Shown here one piece after another: positions 8,185 through 16,869 of a stretch of DNA of 64,000 nt. The translations under genes were made by a program, and so were the position numbers. Each line of letters opens with the position of its first letter. Positions within the stretch are counted from its first letter, which is position 1. Below the pieces are notes generated by a model that was given only the letters and a program-made list of their open reading frames with translations, did not search any database and was not told the origin of the DNA. Origin of the DNA: Thermoanaerobaculia bacterium (GTDB lineage Bacteria > Acidobacteriota > Thermoanaerobaculia > UBA5066); the NCBI GenBank assembly GCA_963816185.1, contig CAWFJJ010000029.1, positions 288,001 to 352,000 of the forward strand, read 5' to 3'.

Positions 8185-9525
8185 TCAGCGCTCCTCTTCG
8201 GCCGGGGCGGCGCCGGCGAAGACGGTGGGAAGGTCGAGGCCCGCGGCCGCGGCGAGGAGGCCCTCCTTCAGGTACGCGGTGTAGTGCTGGTTCACGAGGG
8301 AGAAGCGGCTCTCCGCGAGGACCGACTCGGCGTCGAGGACGTCGATCGTCCGGGCGAGGCCGGCCTTGTACTGGTCCTCTTCGATCCGGAGGTTCTCCTC
8401 GGCGGCTTCCACGTTCTTCCGGGCCGTCTCGGCTTCGTGGAGCGCCTGCGTGAAGTCGCGCCAGGCCTCGTCCACGCCGATGTCGAGGGACCGTGCCAGA
8501 TCCCCGATCTCGCTCTGGGTCTTCCGGGCTGCGATCTCCGCCTGCCGCACCGCGGCCTTCCGGGACCCGTTCTCCCACACCTGCCAGGAGACGCCCACGA
8601 AGAAGATGTTCGTGTTGGGATAGGCGAGAAATTCGTTCTCCTGGTAGGTGTGCGAGAACTGGGCGAAGAGGCTCGGCCAGCTCTCGCCCTTCCGTGCGGC
8701 CGCGGTCCTCTGGTCCACCCCGAGGCTCGCCCGAAGCGACTCGAGCCGGGGATTTCCGGAAGAGGCGCGCCGCTTCAGCCCGTCCAGATCGTCCGGAAGC
8801 GGAGGGGGAGACGACAGGGCTCCGGGGAGAGTGAGCGTCTCGTCCGGGGAGCGGCCCATCAGGCGGCGGAGGGTTTGCGTCGCCACGGCGATCCCGTTAC
8901 CGATCTGCCCGATCTGGTCCTTCACGACGCGAAGTCGAACTTCCGTGCCGAGGAGGTCATTGCGGGCGACGATCCCTTGATCATAAAGGTCGCGAGCGAT
9001 GCGCAGGTGCTCCTCGAGGCTCGAGATCCGCTGGTCCACGACCCGCCGCTGCGCCTTTAGGACGAGCACCTTCAAGTACGTCCCGAGACCTTCGAGCTGC
9101 GCCGTCTGTACGTCCGCCTTTCCCTTCAGCGAGGTCGCGGCCTCGGAGCCGCGGGAGATCTCGAGCGCGGCCGACCGGCGCCCTCCGTCCCAGAGCACCT
9201 CGGTCAGGTCGGCCTCGGCCGTGAAGAAATTCTTCTGAGTCGTCGGCACTTCGAGCGTTCCGAAGATCGCGACGACCTCGCGATCCCGGGCCTGCCAGTT
9301 TCCCGCGACGGAGAGAGAGGGCCAGTAGGCCGCCTTCGCCCGCGTCGTCCCTTCCTGCGCGGCGCCGAGATCGAGCCGGGCAGCCACCGACGCCTGCGAC
9401 TGTGCCGCGACGGCCCGCAGCGCGTCGGAGAGAGTGAGCGCCGAAGGGGAGGCCGGAGGCGGCTCGTCGGCCAGAACGCTTCCGAAACACAGCGCCAGGA
9501 TGAGAGAACCAAGCAATCTGTTCAT
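8185..9525 (-). CDS. TolC family outer membrane efflux protein
   Basis: Signal peptide; two OEP helical repeats (AKAAYWPSLS; YKAGLARTIDVLDAE); first gene of the tripartite operon. Confidence 0.9.
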   Translation of the reverse strand: MNRLLGSLILALCFGSVLADEPPPASPSALTLSDALRAVAAQSQASVAARLDLGAAQEGTTRAKAAYWPSLSVAGNWQARDREVVAIFGTLEVPTTQKNFFTAEADLTEVLWDGGRRSAALEISRGSEAATSLKGKADVQTAQLEGLGTYLKVLVLKAQRRVVDQRISSLEEHLRIARDLYDQGIVARNDLLGTEVRLRVVKDQIGQIGNGIAVATQTLRRLMGRSPDETLTLPGALSSPPPLPDDLDGLKRRASSGNPRLESLRASLGVDQRTAAARKGESWPSLFAQFSHTYQENEFLAYPNTNIFFVGVSWQVWENGSRKAAVRQAEIAARKTQSEIGDLARSLDIGVDEAWRDFTQALHEAETARKNVEAAEENLRIEEDQYKAGLARTIDVLDAESVLAESRFSLVNQHYTAYLKEGLLAAAAGLDLPTVFAGAAPAEEER

Positions 9526-9527
9526 GA

Positions 9528-10841
9528 ATGGGGATTATCTGGCGCGTACGGATACTCGGAGGAATACTCTGGCGTAGAGCGATGTCGTTTTCCGAGAGGC
9601 TCGAGAAGGTTCTTTCCCTGCAGGACGCCCTCCGGCAACGGCGGGACGCGATGGTGTCTCATGCGGTGAGGAGCCTGAAGTTCACGGTGAAGGACAGCGC
9701 GCGGGAGGTCGACGTCACGATCGACCGGCTTGGGATGTTCCCCGAGGCGGCAGCGCTCCTCTCGGCCCGCGTCCCGCTGCGCGGCCCGGAGAGCCGCGTG
9801 GCCCTCATGCTCGCGTACAACGGGAGCTCGTGGCTGTCGACGGCGATCACCTCGATCTTCCTCGTCGGGAACCGCGTCGACGTTAAGTTCTCCTCGAAGG
9901 GGACCGACGTCATGCGACTGACGGAGGAGATGTACCGCCCGGTCTTCGGGGATGCGATCTCCTTCTACCAAGGGAGCGGACGGAGCTTTCTCGAGTACGC
10001 TCTCCGGGAGCCGAAGGTTTCCGCGGCCGTCGTCTTCGGGTTCGACGAGAACATTCTCCCTTACGGAGACGAGTTCCGGGCTGCGGGGAAGACGCTCGTC
10101 TTCGAGGGACCGGGGCAGGACCCGTTCATCGTCTTTCCGGATGCCGACCTCGCGCTGGCCCTCTCGGACCTGACCGCGGCGAAGTTCATGTACTCGGGCC
10201 AGACCTGCACGGCGCCCAAGCGGATCTTCGTCCACCGCGCAATCTACGACGACTTCCTCGGCCGGTTCGAGGAGAGGGTCCGTCGCCTCGTCGTGGGCGA
10301 CCCCGCCGACCCGCGGACCGACATCGGCCCGGTGGCGAGCGATCTCGCGGTGCGGCACGTCGCAGAGCAGCTCGAGGATGCGAGAGCGCGTGGAGCGAGG
10401 ATCACCGTCGGGGGAGGGATCGACGGAAATCTGATCTCTCCCACGGTGGTCCGCGACGCGACGGACGAGTTCCTCGGGATGCGCGAGGAGGTTTTCGGGC
10501 CGGTCGCGTTCACGACGCCCTTCGACACGGAGGAGGAGGTCGTGCGCCGGGCGCGGAACCACAAGTACGGCCTGCGCGCCTCGGTCTTCGGCGGCGAGGC
10601 GGCCACCCGCACCGCTGCCGCTCTGAAAGGCGAAGACTACTGCCACCCGGTTCCCGGCTTCACGTTCGGCCGTTTCGGGACGGTCGCTCTCAACCAGAGC
10701 CGGGCCGAAACCTGGCGCGGGGCGTTCGTGACGAAGGCGGTCGGCGGCTACGGCTACTCGGGCTGGATCTGGGAGACGGTCGACGGCGAGTTCCGCCTGA
10801 AGCAGGGGCCGAAGCTGCTCAGTCTCGAGACGTCCCGGTGA
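9528..10841 (+). CDS. Aldehyde dehydrogenase family protein, atypical (start may be ATG 9582)
   Basis: FEGPGQDPFIV, catalytic SGQTCTAP, EEVFGPV, YGLRASVF. Confidence 0.85.
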   Translation: MGIIWRVRILGGILWRRAMSFSERLEKVLSLQDALRQRRDAMVSHAVRSLKFTVKDSAREVDVTIDRLGMFPEAAALLSARVPLRGPESRVALMLAYNGSSWLSTAITSIFLVGNRVDVKFSSKGTDVMRLTEEMYRPVFGDAISFYQGSGRSFLEYALREPKVSAAVVFGFDENILPYGDEFRAAGKTLVFEGPGQDPFIVFPDADLALALSDLTAAKFMYSGQTCTAPKRIFVHRAIYDDFLGRFEERVRRLVVGDPADPRTDIGPVASDLAVRHVAEQLEDARARGARITVGGGIDGNLISPTVVRDATDEFLGMREEVFGPVAFTTPFDTEEEVVRRARNHKYGLRASVFGGEAATRTAAALKGEDYCHPVPGFTFGRFGTVALNQSRAETWRGAFVTKAVGGYGYSGWIWETVDGEFRLKQGPKLLSLETSR

Positions 10842-10903
10842 GCCGGCGAGAGACGCCGGACCGTTCGCGTACGATTGGACTTCTCTAGGGAGACCGACGC
10901 CGA

Positions 10904-11578
10904 ATGTCGACTGATCGATTTCGAGCGGACCGCGAATCCGTGCTCTTCCATTCGAAGAGGATGTGGGAGGCCGGGCTCGTCGTCGCTTCGGCGGGCAACG
11001 TCAGCGCGCGCCTCTCCGGCCATGACGCCATCGCGATCACGCCGACGTGCGTTTCCTACGACGTGATGACCGCGGATCAAGTCGTGGTCGTCAGCCTCGC
11101 CACGGGTCTTCCGATCGAATCGAGGGCCCGGCCGTCCGGCGAGCTCCCGGCGCACCTCGCCGTCTACCGCCATCGCCGGGACGTCGGCGCCGTCATGCAC
11201 ACGCACGCGCCCTATGTCTCGACGTTGTCGGTACTCCGCAGGCCGCTTCCTCCGATCATCGACGAGATGATCGTCTACTTCGGAGGGACGATCGAAGTCG
11301 CCGACTATGCCTTCACGGGCACCGACGAGCTCGGAGCCAACGTGATCGCCGCGCTCGGGGACCGGGCGGGGGTGCTGCTGTCGAATCATGGCAACCTGTG
11401 CGTGGGGGGCGACCTCGCCGAGGCGCTCCACGTCGCGCTGACGATGGAGGCCACGGCGCGCGTCTACGTCGAGTCCCTGAGGATGGGCGAACCTGTCGTT
11501 CTCCCCGAAGGATCGCTGAGGGCGGGACGGGCGATGTACGAGGCCCGCGGCAGGAAGAGGCGCGGCCCGCCGTCCTGA
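10904..11578 (+). CDS. Class II aldolase/adducin family protein (FucA-like)
   Basis: AGNVSAR, PSGELPAHLAVY, HTH and NHG zinc ligands. Confidence 0.9.
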   Translation: MSTDRFRADRESVLFHSKRMWEAGLVVASAGNVSARLSGHDAIAITPTCVSYDVMTADQVVVVSLATGLPIESRARPSGELPAHLAVYRHRRDVGAVMHTHAPYVSTLSVLRRPLPPIIDEMIVYFGGTIEVADYAFTGTDELGANVIAALGDRAGVLLSNHGNLCVGGDLAEALHVALTMEATARVYVESLRMGEPVVLPEGSLRAGRAMYEARGRKRRGPPS

Positions 11579-11590
11579 AGGGACCCGCGC

Positions 11591-13015
11591 TTACTCCCCC
11601 CGTGCGACCTCCCCGTGCTGGCTCACGTTGTCGCCGTCTCCCGGCCTCAGCTCGCGGAACACGATCGCCGAGAGGACTGTCATCGCTCCCAGGACGAGGA
11701 GGGCGAGGTGGATGCCGTGGAGGAGCTCGCCGGGGCGTGACCGGAACCTGTCGGGGATGAAGATGGCGGTCGCGAGCGACGCGGCCGCGACGCCGAAGCT
11801 CAGCGACATCTGCTGCATGGTGCTGACGATCGTGCTCGCCATGCTGGCGTCGGGCGCGGCGACCTCCGCGTAGGCGAGCGTGCCCATGCTGGTGTATTGC
11901 AGCGAGGCGATGCCGCCGAAGAGGAGCGCGAGGACGACGATGAGGGTGACGGGGGTGCGGGCGCCGATCGTGGCGAAGAGGGCGATGGTGCCGCCCATCA
12001 GGATGGTGTTCGCAAGGAGGACACGCCGGTAGCCGAAGCGGTTGAGGATGCCCGGCATCCACGGCTTGAGCGACATCGCGGCGATGGACTGCGGCATCAG
12101 CAGGAAGGCCGACTGGACGGGCGTGTAGCCGAGGCCGACCTGGTAGAGGAGCGGGAGGAGGAACGGGATCCCGCCCGCCCCGAGCCGCGTGATGAAGCTG
12201 CCGATCACGGCCGACCGGAACGTCCGGAGGCGGAAGAGAGCGAGCCTGAGGAGGGGATGCGCGGCGGCGATCGCGTGCCGGAAATAGCCCGCGAGGAAGG
12301 CGAGCGAGAGGGCGAAGAGGCCGAGGATCGCGCCCGTGCCGAGAGTGTGCTCGCCGAAGACCTCGAGGATGTACGAGAGGAGGCCGATGCCGCAGCCGAA
12401 GAGGACTCCGCCGAAGACGTCCAGCTTGTCGCTGCGCTCGGCGCGGTAGTCCGGCATGCGGCGGAGGACGAGGGCGAGGCCGAGGAGGCCGATCGGCAGG
12501 TTGACGAAGAAGATCACCCGCCAGTGGAAGTAGCCCACGATGAACCCCCCGGCCACGGGCCCGAGCATCGGCCCGATGAGCGCGGGGATCGACACGAAGG
12601 TCATTGCGCGCACGAGCTCCGACCTCTCGAACGTGCGCACGATGGCGAGGCGGCCGACCGGCACCATGAGCGCGCCGCCCATGCCCTGCAGGATGCGGAA
12701 GGCGACGAGAACGTGGATGTTCGTGGAGAGCCCGCAGAGGAGCGAGCCGAACGTGAAGATGCCGATCGCGGACGCGAAAACGCGGCGCGTGCCGAACCGG
12801 TCCGCCACCCACCCGCTGACCGGGATGAAGACGGCGAGGCTGAGCGTGTAGCTCGACAGGACCGCCTTCATGCTGAGCGGCACGACGCCGAGCGCCTCGG
12901 CGATCGTCGGGACGGCGGTGTTCAGGATGGTCGTGTCGATCGACTCCATCAGGAACGCCACCGCCACCAGCCAGGGCAGCAGTCGCTTGACGGAAGGGTC
13001 GGGGGGAGTGGGCAC
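11591..13015 (-). CDS. DHA2 family MFS transporter (HsrA/MdtD-like)
   Basis: IDTTILNTAVPTIA, SGWVADRFGTRRVF, GPMLGPVAGG; about 14 TM segments. Confidence 0.92.
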   Translation of the reverse strand: MPTPPDPSVKRLLPWLVAVAFLMESIDTTILNTAVPTIAEALGVVPLSMKAVLSSYTLSLAVFIPVSGWVADRFGTRRVFASAIGIFTFGSLLCGLSTNIHVLVAFRILQGMGGALMVPVGRLAIVRTFERSELVRAMTFVSIPALIGPMLGPVAGGFIVGYFHWRVIFFVNLPIGLLGLALVLRRMPDYRAERSDKLDVFGGVLFGCGIGLLSYILEVFGEHTLGTGAILGLFALSLAFLAGYFRHAIAAAHPLLRLALFRLRTFRSAVIGSFITRLGAGGIPFLLPLLYQVGLGYTPVQSAFLLMPQSIAAMSLKPWMPGILNRFGYRRVLLANTILMGGTIALFATIGARTPVTLIVVLALLFGGIASLQYTSMGTLAYAEVAAPDASMASTIVSTMQQMSLSFGVAAASLATAIFIPDRFRSRPGELLHGIHLALLVLGAMTVLSAIVFRELRPGDGDNVSQHGEVARGE

Positions 13016-13053
13016 CGGGTAAGTTTAGGGAGGTGAGGAGGGGCGGGTTACGG

Positions 13054-13887
13054 TCAGTCGATCTCGATGGTCTGGGTAATCGACGGCGCCGCGTTGAAGT
13101 TCTCGTTTCCGGGCTGTTCCGCGACCACCGTGCAAGTCCCTTCACCGAGGATGTAGAGGGTCGAGCCGGCGAAGGCGCACATGCCCGCGGTCGCGAATCT
13201 GACCGGCAAGCCGGAGGAGGCCCGCGCGTTCAACAGGAACTCGCCCATGCCGTAAACCATGCTCGGGAGATCCCCGAAGGAGATCGTCTGATCGGCCTTG
13301 GCGATCGTGAACTCGTGATCGACGATGCGCGCCGCGGTGAAGTTCGAGTCGCCGGGCTGATGAGCGGTCAGAGAGCAGCTCCCCGCGCCGAGGATGTGCA
13401 CGTAGGACTCGTTCATTTCGCAACTGCCGGACGCGACGAAGACGACGGGGAGCCCTGAGGTCGCGACGATATCCAGCGGGAAATCCGGGTCGAGGTAGGT
13501 CTTCTGCGCAGGGGCGGCGCCGCTGATCTTCTGCCTGGCCTTTTCGATCGTGAACCGCTGCTCGACGTCCGGCGCCGGGTTGAAGTCCGAGTCGCCCGGC
13601 TGGTGCGCCGTCACCCAGCATTTCCCTGCGGAAAGAAGGTGGACCGTCGAGCCGCTCACCGAGCAATCGCCCGACGCGGTGAAGGAGACCTCGAGCCTCG
13701 AGCTCGCGGACGCTTTCACGCTGAAATCCGAATCGCGGTGGACCTTGGACGGTAGCCCTCGAAAGGTGATGGTCTGATCGGCCTTGTGGATCGAAGACGG
13801 CTGAGTGACGAACCTGTCCTCGGCCCACGCTCGCCGCGCCAGGATGAGGCCGATTGCCAAGGCGAGCCGGAGGGCGCTGCGCTTCAT
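13054..13887 (-). CDS. Secreted protein made of three Ig-like repeats
   Basis: Signal peptide (AWA|E); three units of about 80 aa starting KADQTITF / KARQKISG / KADQTISF, each with ASS.L.V.F...G.C...G.C...A.QPG..NF. Confidence 0.75.
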   Translation of the reverse strand: MKRSALRLALAIGLILARRAWAEDRFVTQPSSIHKADQTITFRGLPSKVHRDSDFSVKASASSRLEVSFTASGDCSVSGSTVHLLSAGKCWVTAHQPGDSDFNPAPDVEQRFTIEKARQKISGAAPAQKTYLDPDFPLDIVATSGLPVVFVASGSCEMNESYVHILGAGSCSLTAHQPGDSNFTAARIVDHEFTIAKADQTISFGDLPSMVYGMGEFLLNARASSGLPVRFATAGMCAFAGSTLYILGEGTCTVVAEQPGNENFNAAPSITQTIEID

Positions 13888-13957
13888 ATCGCGATCGAAG
13901 GTGCAACCTTCATACCGCCTGGCCCGTCTCTCCAACAGGGCGGCCGGCGGTCACCGC

Positions 13958-14257
13958 CTATCCCTTGCCTCGCCGGATCTCCTCGACCGTCTGCTCGCAG
14001 TCGTCGTTTATGCGCTTGCGGTCGATGTGGTACTCGCCCTCGGCCTTCTCTCGCTCGGCAGGATCCTCCGTCTTCCGCATCACGTCCTTGAAGAGGATCT
14101 CGCGCTCGGCGAGGCGCGCGGTGGCGATGCCGCGGGCCACGGCGATGGCTTTCTTCTGCCTCGCGGTCAGCAGGGTCTCTTTCGTGCCGGCCGCGCGATC
14201 CTCGGCCTTCAGGCGCTCCATCGCGAGGTCGAACGAGGTCTTCGGTTTGTCTTTCAT
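13958..14257 (-). CDS. Small helical hypothetical protein
   Basis: ATG at 14257 overlaps the upstream stop; MKDKPKTSFDLAMERLKAED...LTARQKKAIA. Confidence 0.7.
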   Translation of the reverse strand: MKDKPKTSFDLAMERLKAEDRAAGTKETLLTARQKKAIAVARGIATARLAEREILFKDVMRKTEDPAEREKAEGEYHIDRKRINDDCEQTVEEIRRGKG

Positions 14258-14832
14258 CAGCTCCCGCAGCTCAAGCCCCCGAACGCGCCCTTCGCGGGCA
14301 GGGTGAAATCGAAGTCGGCTTCCCACGAGTATTTCAGGCCATCGCTCACCTTCCCGCCGGTGATGCGGCCCGAGAGCTTGCCGCCGGGGACGGTGTTCCC
14401 GGTCAGCTTCCGGATCTTCAGGATCTCCTTGTCCTTGGGCAGATCGAAGACCCAGTTGCGGCCGAGCAGGGGCGAGCCCGCGACGTCGATGCCGGTCTCG
14501 ACGGACTTCACCGCGGCCGCGGTCGCGGCGGGCTTGCCGCCGCCGGGGCAGAACGCGAAGTGCATTCCGGTACGCGGCTTGCCGTCGGCGGTCTTGTCGG
14601 ATGTGGAGGAGTTCTCGTGGAACTCCTCGAGCTCCTTGGCGGTGAAGGGAGAGTCGGAGAACCACAGCGAGACGCTGTACTGGCCGTCGCTGGGCTCGTA
14701 GACCGCCGCGGCGCAGTGCTTCATCGTGACGGGCTTCCCGCCGAGAACCGTCTTTACGCTGCACTTGTCTTCGGCGAAGGCCGGGGCGGAAAGAGCGAAG
14801 CCAAAAGCGAGGACCAGGAGGCGGCCGCGCAT
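14257..14832 (-). CDS. Secreted hypothetical protein
   Basis: MRGRLLVLAFGFALSAPAFA|EDK signal peptide; four Cys; GC3-rich codon usage. Confidence 0.7.
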   Translation of the reverse strand: MRGRLLVLAFGFALSAPAFAEDKCSVKTVLGGKPVTMKHCAAAVYEPSDGQYSVSLWFSDSPFTAKELEEFHENSSTSDKTADGKPRTGMHFAFCPGGGKPAATAAAVKSVETGIDVAGSPLLGRNWVFDLPKDKEILKIRKLTGNTVPGGKLSGRITGGKVSDGLKYSWEADFDFTLPAKGAFGGLSCGS

Positions 14833-14839
14833 GTTGAAC

Positions 14840-15796
14840 ATGGGGCGCAGAGTATCCCGAAGTACCCTAGCCGTCATCCGCGCACGCCTGGTCCTTGCCG
14901 CTGTCCTCTTCGCCGCGCCGCTCGCGGCCGAGCCGACTCGTCTCGTCATCGAGCCGCAGCCCGGACTTCCCCCGTCCGCGAACCGGCTCGTCGCCGGTCC
15001 GCATCCCTGGATCGCGAGCGTGATGGAGCTCGTGGGACTCGACGCACGGGGGCCGGACATCCACGTCGTCCTCGCGCCGGAGTCGTCGCCGCTCGCGCGT
15101 AACGCGCCGGGCTGGGTGTCGGGATACACGGACGCCGTGACCTCCGACGCCGGGAGCGTCGTCGTCCTCCTGGCCGAGCGCACGCCGTCGTATCCGGACG
15201 GCGGCCTCGAGGAGGTGCTCGCGCACGAGGTCGCGCACGTCCTCATCCATCGGGCGGCAGGCGGGCGGCCCGTACCGCGGTGGTTCGACGAGGGGCTCGC
15301 GATGCTGGCGGCGCGCTCGTGGCGACTGCGCGACGAGACCGAGCTGGCGTTGGGCGTGCTGTCGGGCCCGCGCGTGCCTCTCTGGAAGCTGGACGGCCTG
15401 TTTCAGGGAGACCAGCGGGACGTGGAGCACGCCTACGCGCTCGCGGGCACGCTCGTGCAGGACCTCCTCGATCGCTACGGCCCGGCGATGCCGCGCCTCG
15501 TTCTCGCGCGCCTCGCGCGTGGAGAAACGTTCGACGAGGCGATGCGCGGCGCGACGGGCGCGACGCTCCTCGACATCGGCGAGGCGTTTTACGCGCGGCA
15601 GGCGTCGCTGAAGCGCTGGATCCCGATCCTCACGAGCACCGCGGCGCTGTGGTTCGGGATTTCGCTTCTCGCGATCGTCGCCGGAATCCGGAAGCGGCGG
15701 AGAAGGGCGGAGCTGGCGGAGCTGGCGGAGGCGGCGGAGGAAGCGGAGGAAGCGGAGGCGGAGATGGAGGATCCCACGGACGGGACGGTGAACTGA
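14840..15796 (+). CDS. Peptidase MA-like zinc metalloprotease with a C-terminal membrane anchor (start uncertain)
   Basis: AHEVAHVL (HExxH), VPRWFDEGLA, C-terminal TM followed by RKRRRR and an acidic tail. Confidence 0.8.
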   Translation: MGRRVSRSTLAVIRARLVLAAVLFAAPLAAEPTRLVIEPQPGLPPSANRLVAGPHPWIASVMELVGLDARGPDIHVVLAPESSPLARNAPGWVSGYTDAVTSDAGSVVVLLAERTPSYPDGGLEEVLAHEVAHVLIHRAAGGRPVPRWFDEGLAMLAARSWRLRDETELALGVLSGPRVPLWKLDGLFQGDQRDVEHAYALAGTLVQDLLDRYGPAMPRLVLARLARGETFDEAMRGATGATLLDIGEAFYARQASLKRWIPILTSTAALWFGISLLAIVAGIRKRRRRAELAELAEAAEEAEEAEAEMEDPTDGTVN

Positions 15797-15820
15797 GCGC
15801 AACCTCCGGGAGTCGTAGAC

Positions 15821-16270
15821 TTGGGACAGGAGAGGCTGACTGTGCCCTTTCGCCTGATCTACTCCTCCGAGGCGGCCCGGGGACTCACCGAGGTCGCGCT
15901 GGAGGAGATGCTCGCGGAGTCGCGAATCCGGAATCAGGCGCACAGCATCACGGGCGTGCTCATCTTCGTCGACGGCGCATTTCTGCAGATCCTCGAAGGG
16001 GAGAAGAAGGACGTCTTCGATCTCATGGAGCGGATCCAGCGCGACCCGAGGCACCATGACATCAAGGTGTTCTATGAGGAGGAAGTCGACGAACGCGCGT
16101 TCGCGTCGTGGAGCATGGCCTACCTCAGCCCCATCGTCGAGGAAGTCGCGAAGTGGGCCGAGCTCGAGGGCGGCACGACGATCGGGGACGTCCTGGCCTC
16201 GGTCGAGAGCAACCCTGGGCGCCTCCCGAAGATGGTCGTCAACATCCTGAAGACGCTCGCAGCGCCGTAG
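15821..16270 (+). CDS. BLUF domain blue-light sensor protein
   Basis: LIYSS, SRIRN...ITGVL, FLQILEG, DPRH, FASWSM; the Tyr/Gln/Trp/Met photoactive residues are present. Confidence 0.92.
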   Translation: MGQERLTVPFRLIYSSEAARGLTEVALEEMLAESRIRNQAHSITGVLIFVDGAFLQILEGEKKDVFDLMERIQRDPRHHDIKVFYEEEVDERAFASWSMAYLSPIVEEVAKWAELEGGTTIGDVLASVESNPGRLPKMVVNILKTLAAP

Positions 16271-16374
16271 GCCCGCGGCCTCAGTGAGCGGGAGCGGTCC
16301 GCGAGAATCTTCCAGTCCGTCCGCGGTCGAGTCGCACACCCCACGCCCGCCAACCGGCCTAGGATGTCCTCCTC

Positions 16375-16860
16375 ATGCGCATCCGCCACTACTGGCGAAA
16401 GAACCTTCTGCAGCACGAACCAATGCGCGTCCGTGCCGTCGCGTGCGATGCGGCGGGGACGGTTGCGCTGCTGTCGAAGGAGCCGCAGGACGCGCTCGGG
16501 TGGTTCTCGCGGTTCATCGCGTTTCTGACGACGCCGTTCAAGAGGATCGGGATCAGCGGCTGGAAGGAGACGGGTTGCACGGGAGAGGGGACCGGCAGGC
16601 CGGTGCGCGACGCACAGCACTCGACGGACGGGTTCTACACGATCGACGTTGCGCTTCAGGCCCTTACGCTCGGCGCCGAAGACGCGCCCGCGGGCCGCTG
16701 CCTGCGCCTCGAAATCGAGCCCGGGACGCGCGCGCACGAGGTGTGCGCAAGGGGTCCGGTCAGGCAGGGGAAGCTCGTCTCGTTCGGCGGCGCGTTGGTG
16801 ATCGATACCGACGGGCCGTTCCTCGAGATCCACCCGGACGCCCAGTTCGAGGTGGGCTGA
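16375..16860 (+). CDS. Hypothetical protein (OB-fold-like C-terminal half)
   Basis: DGFYTIDV...LRLEI...G.LVID...FLEIHP pattern. Confidence 0.55.
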   Translation: MRIRHYWRKNLLQHEPMRVRAVACDAAGTVALLSKEPQDALGWFSRFIAFLTTPFKRIGISGWKETGCTGEGTGRPVRDAQHSTDGFYTIDVALQALTLGAEDAPAGRCLRLEIEPGTRAHEVCARGPVRQGKLVSFGGALVIDTDGPFLEIHPDAQFEVG

Positions 16861-16869
16861 GGGGTCCGG

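Noticed and set aside
14726-14841. Head-to-head overlap of two divergent genes as a special regulatory arrangement
   Set aside because: Both start codons are uncertain, so the overlap may be an annotation artefact
15705-15770. Short tandem GCGGAGCTG/GCGGAGGAA repeats
   Set aside because: Simply encode a low-complexity acidic Ala/Glu tail
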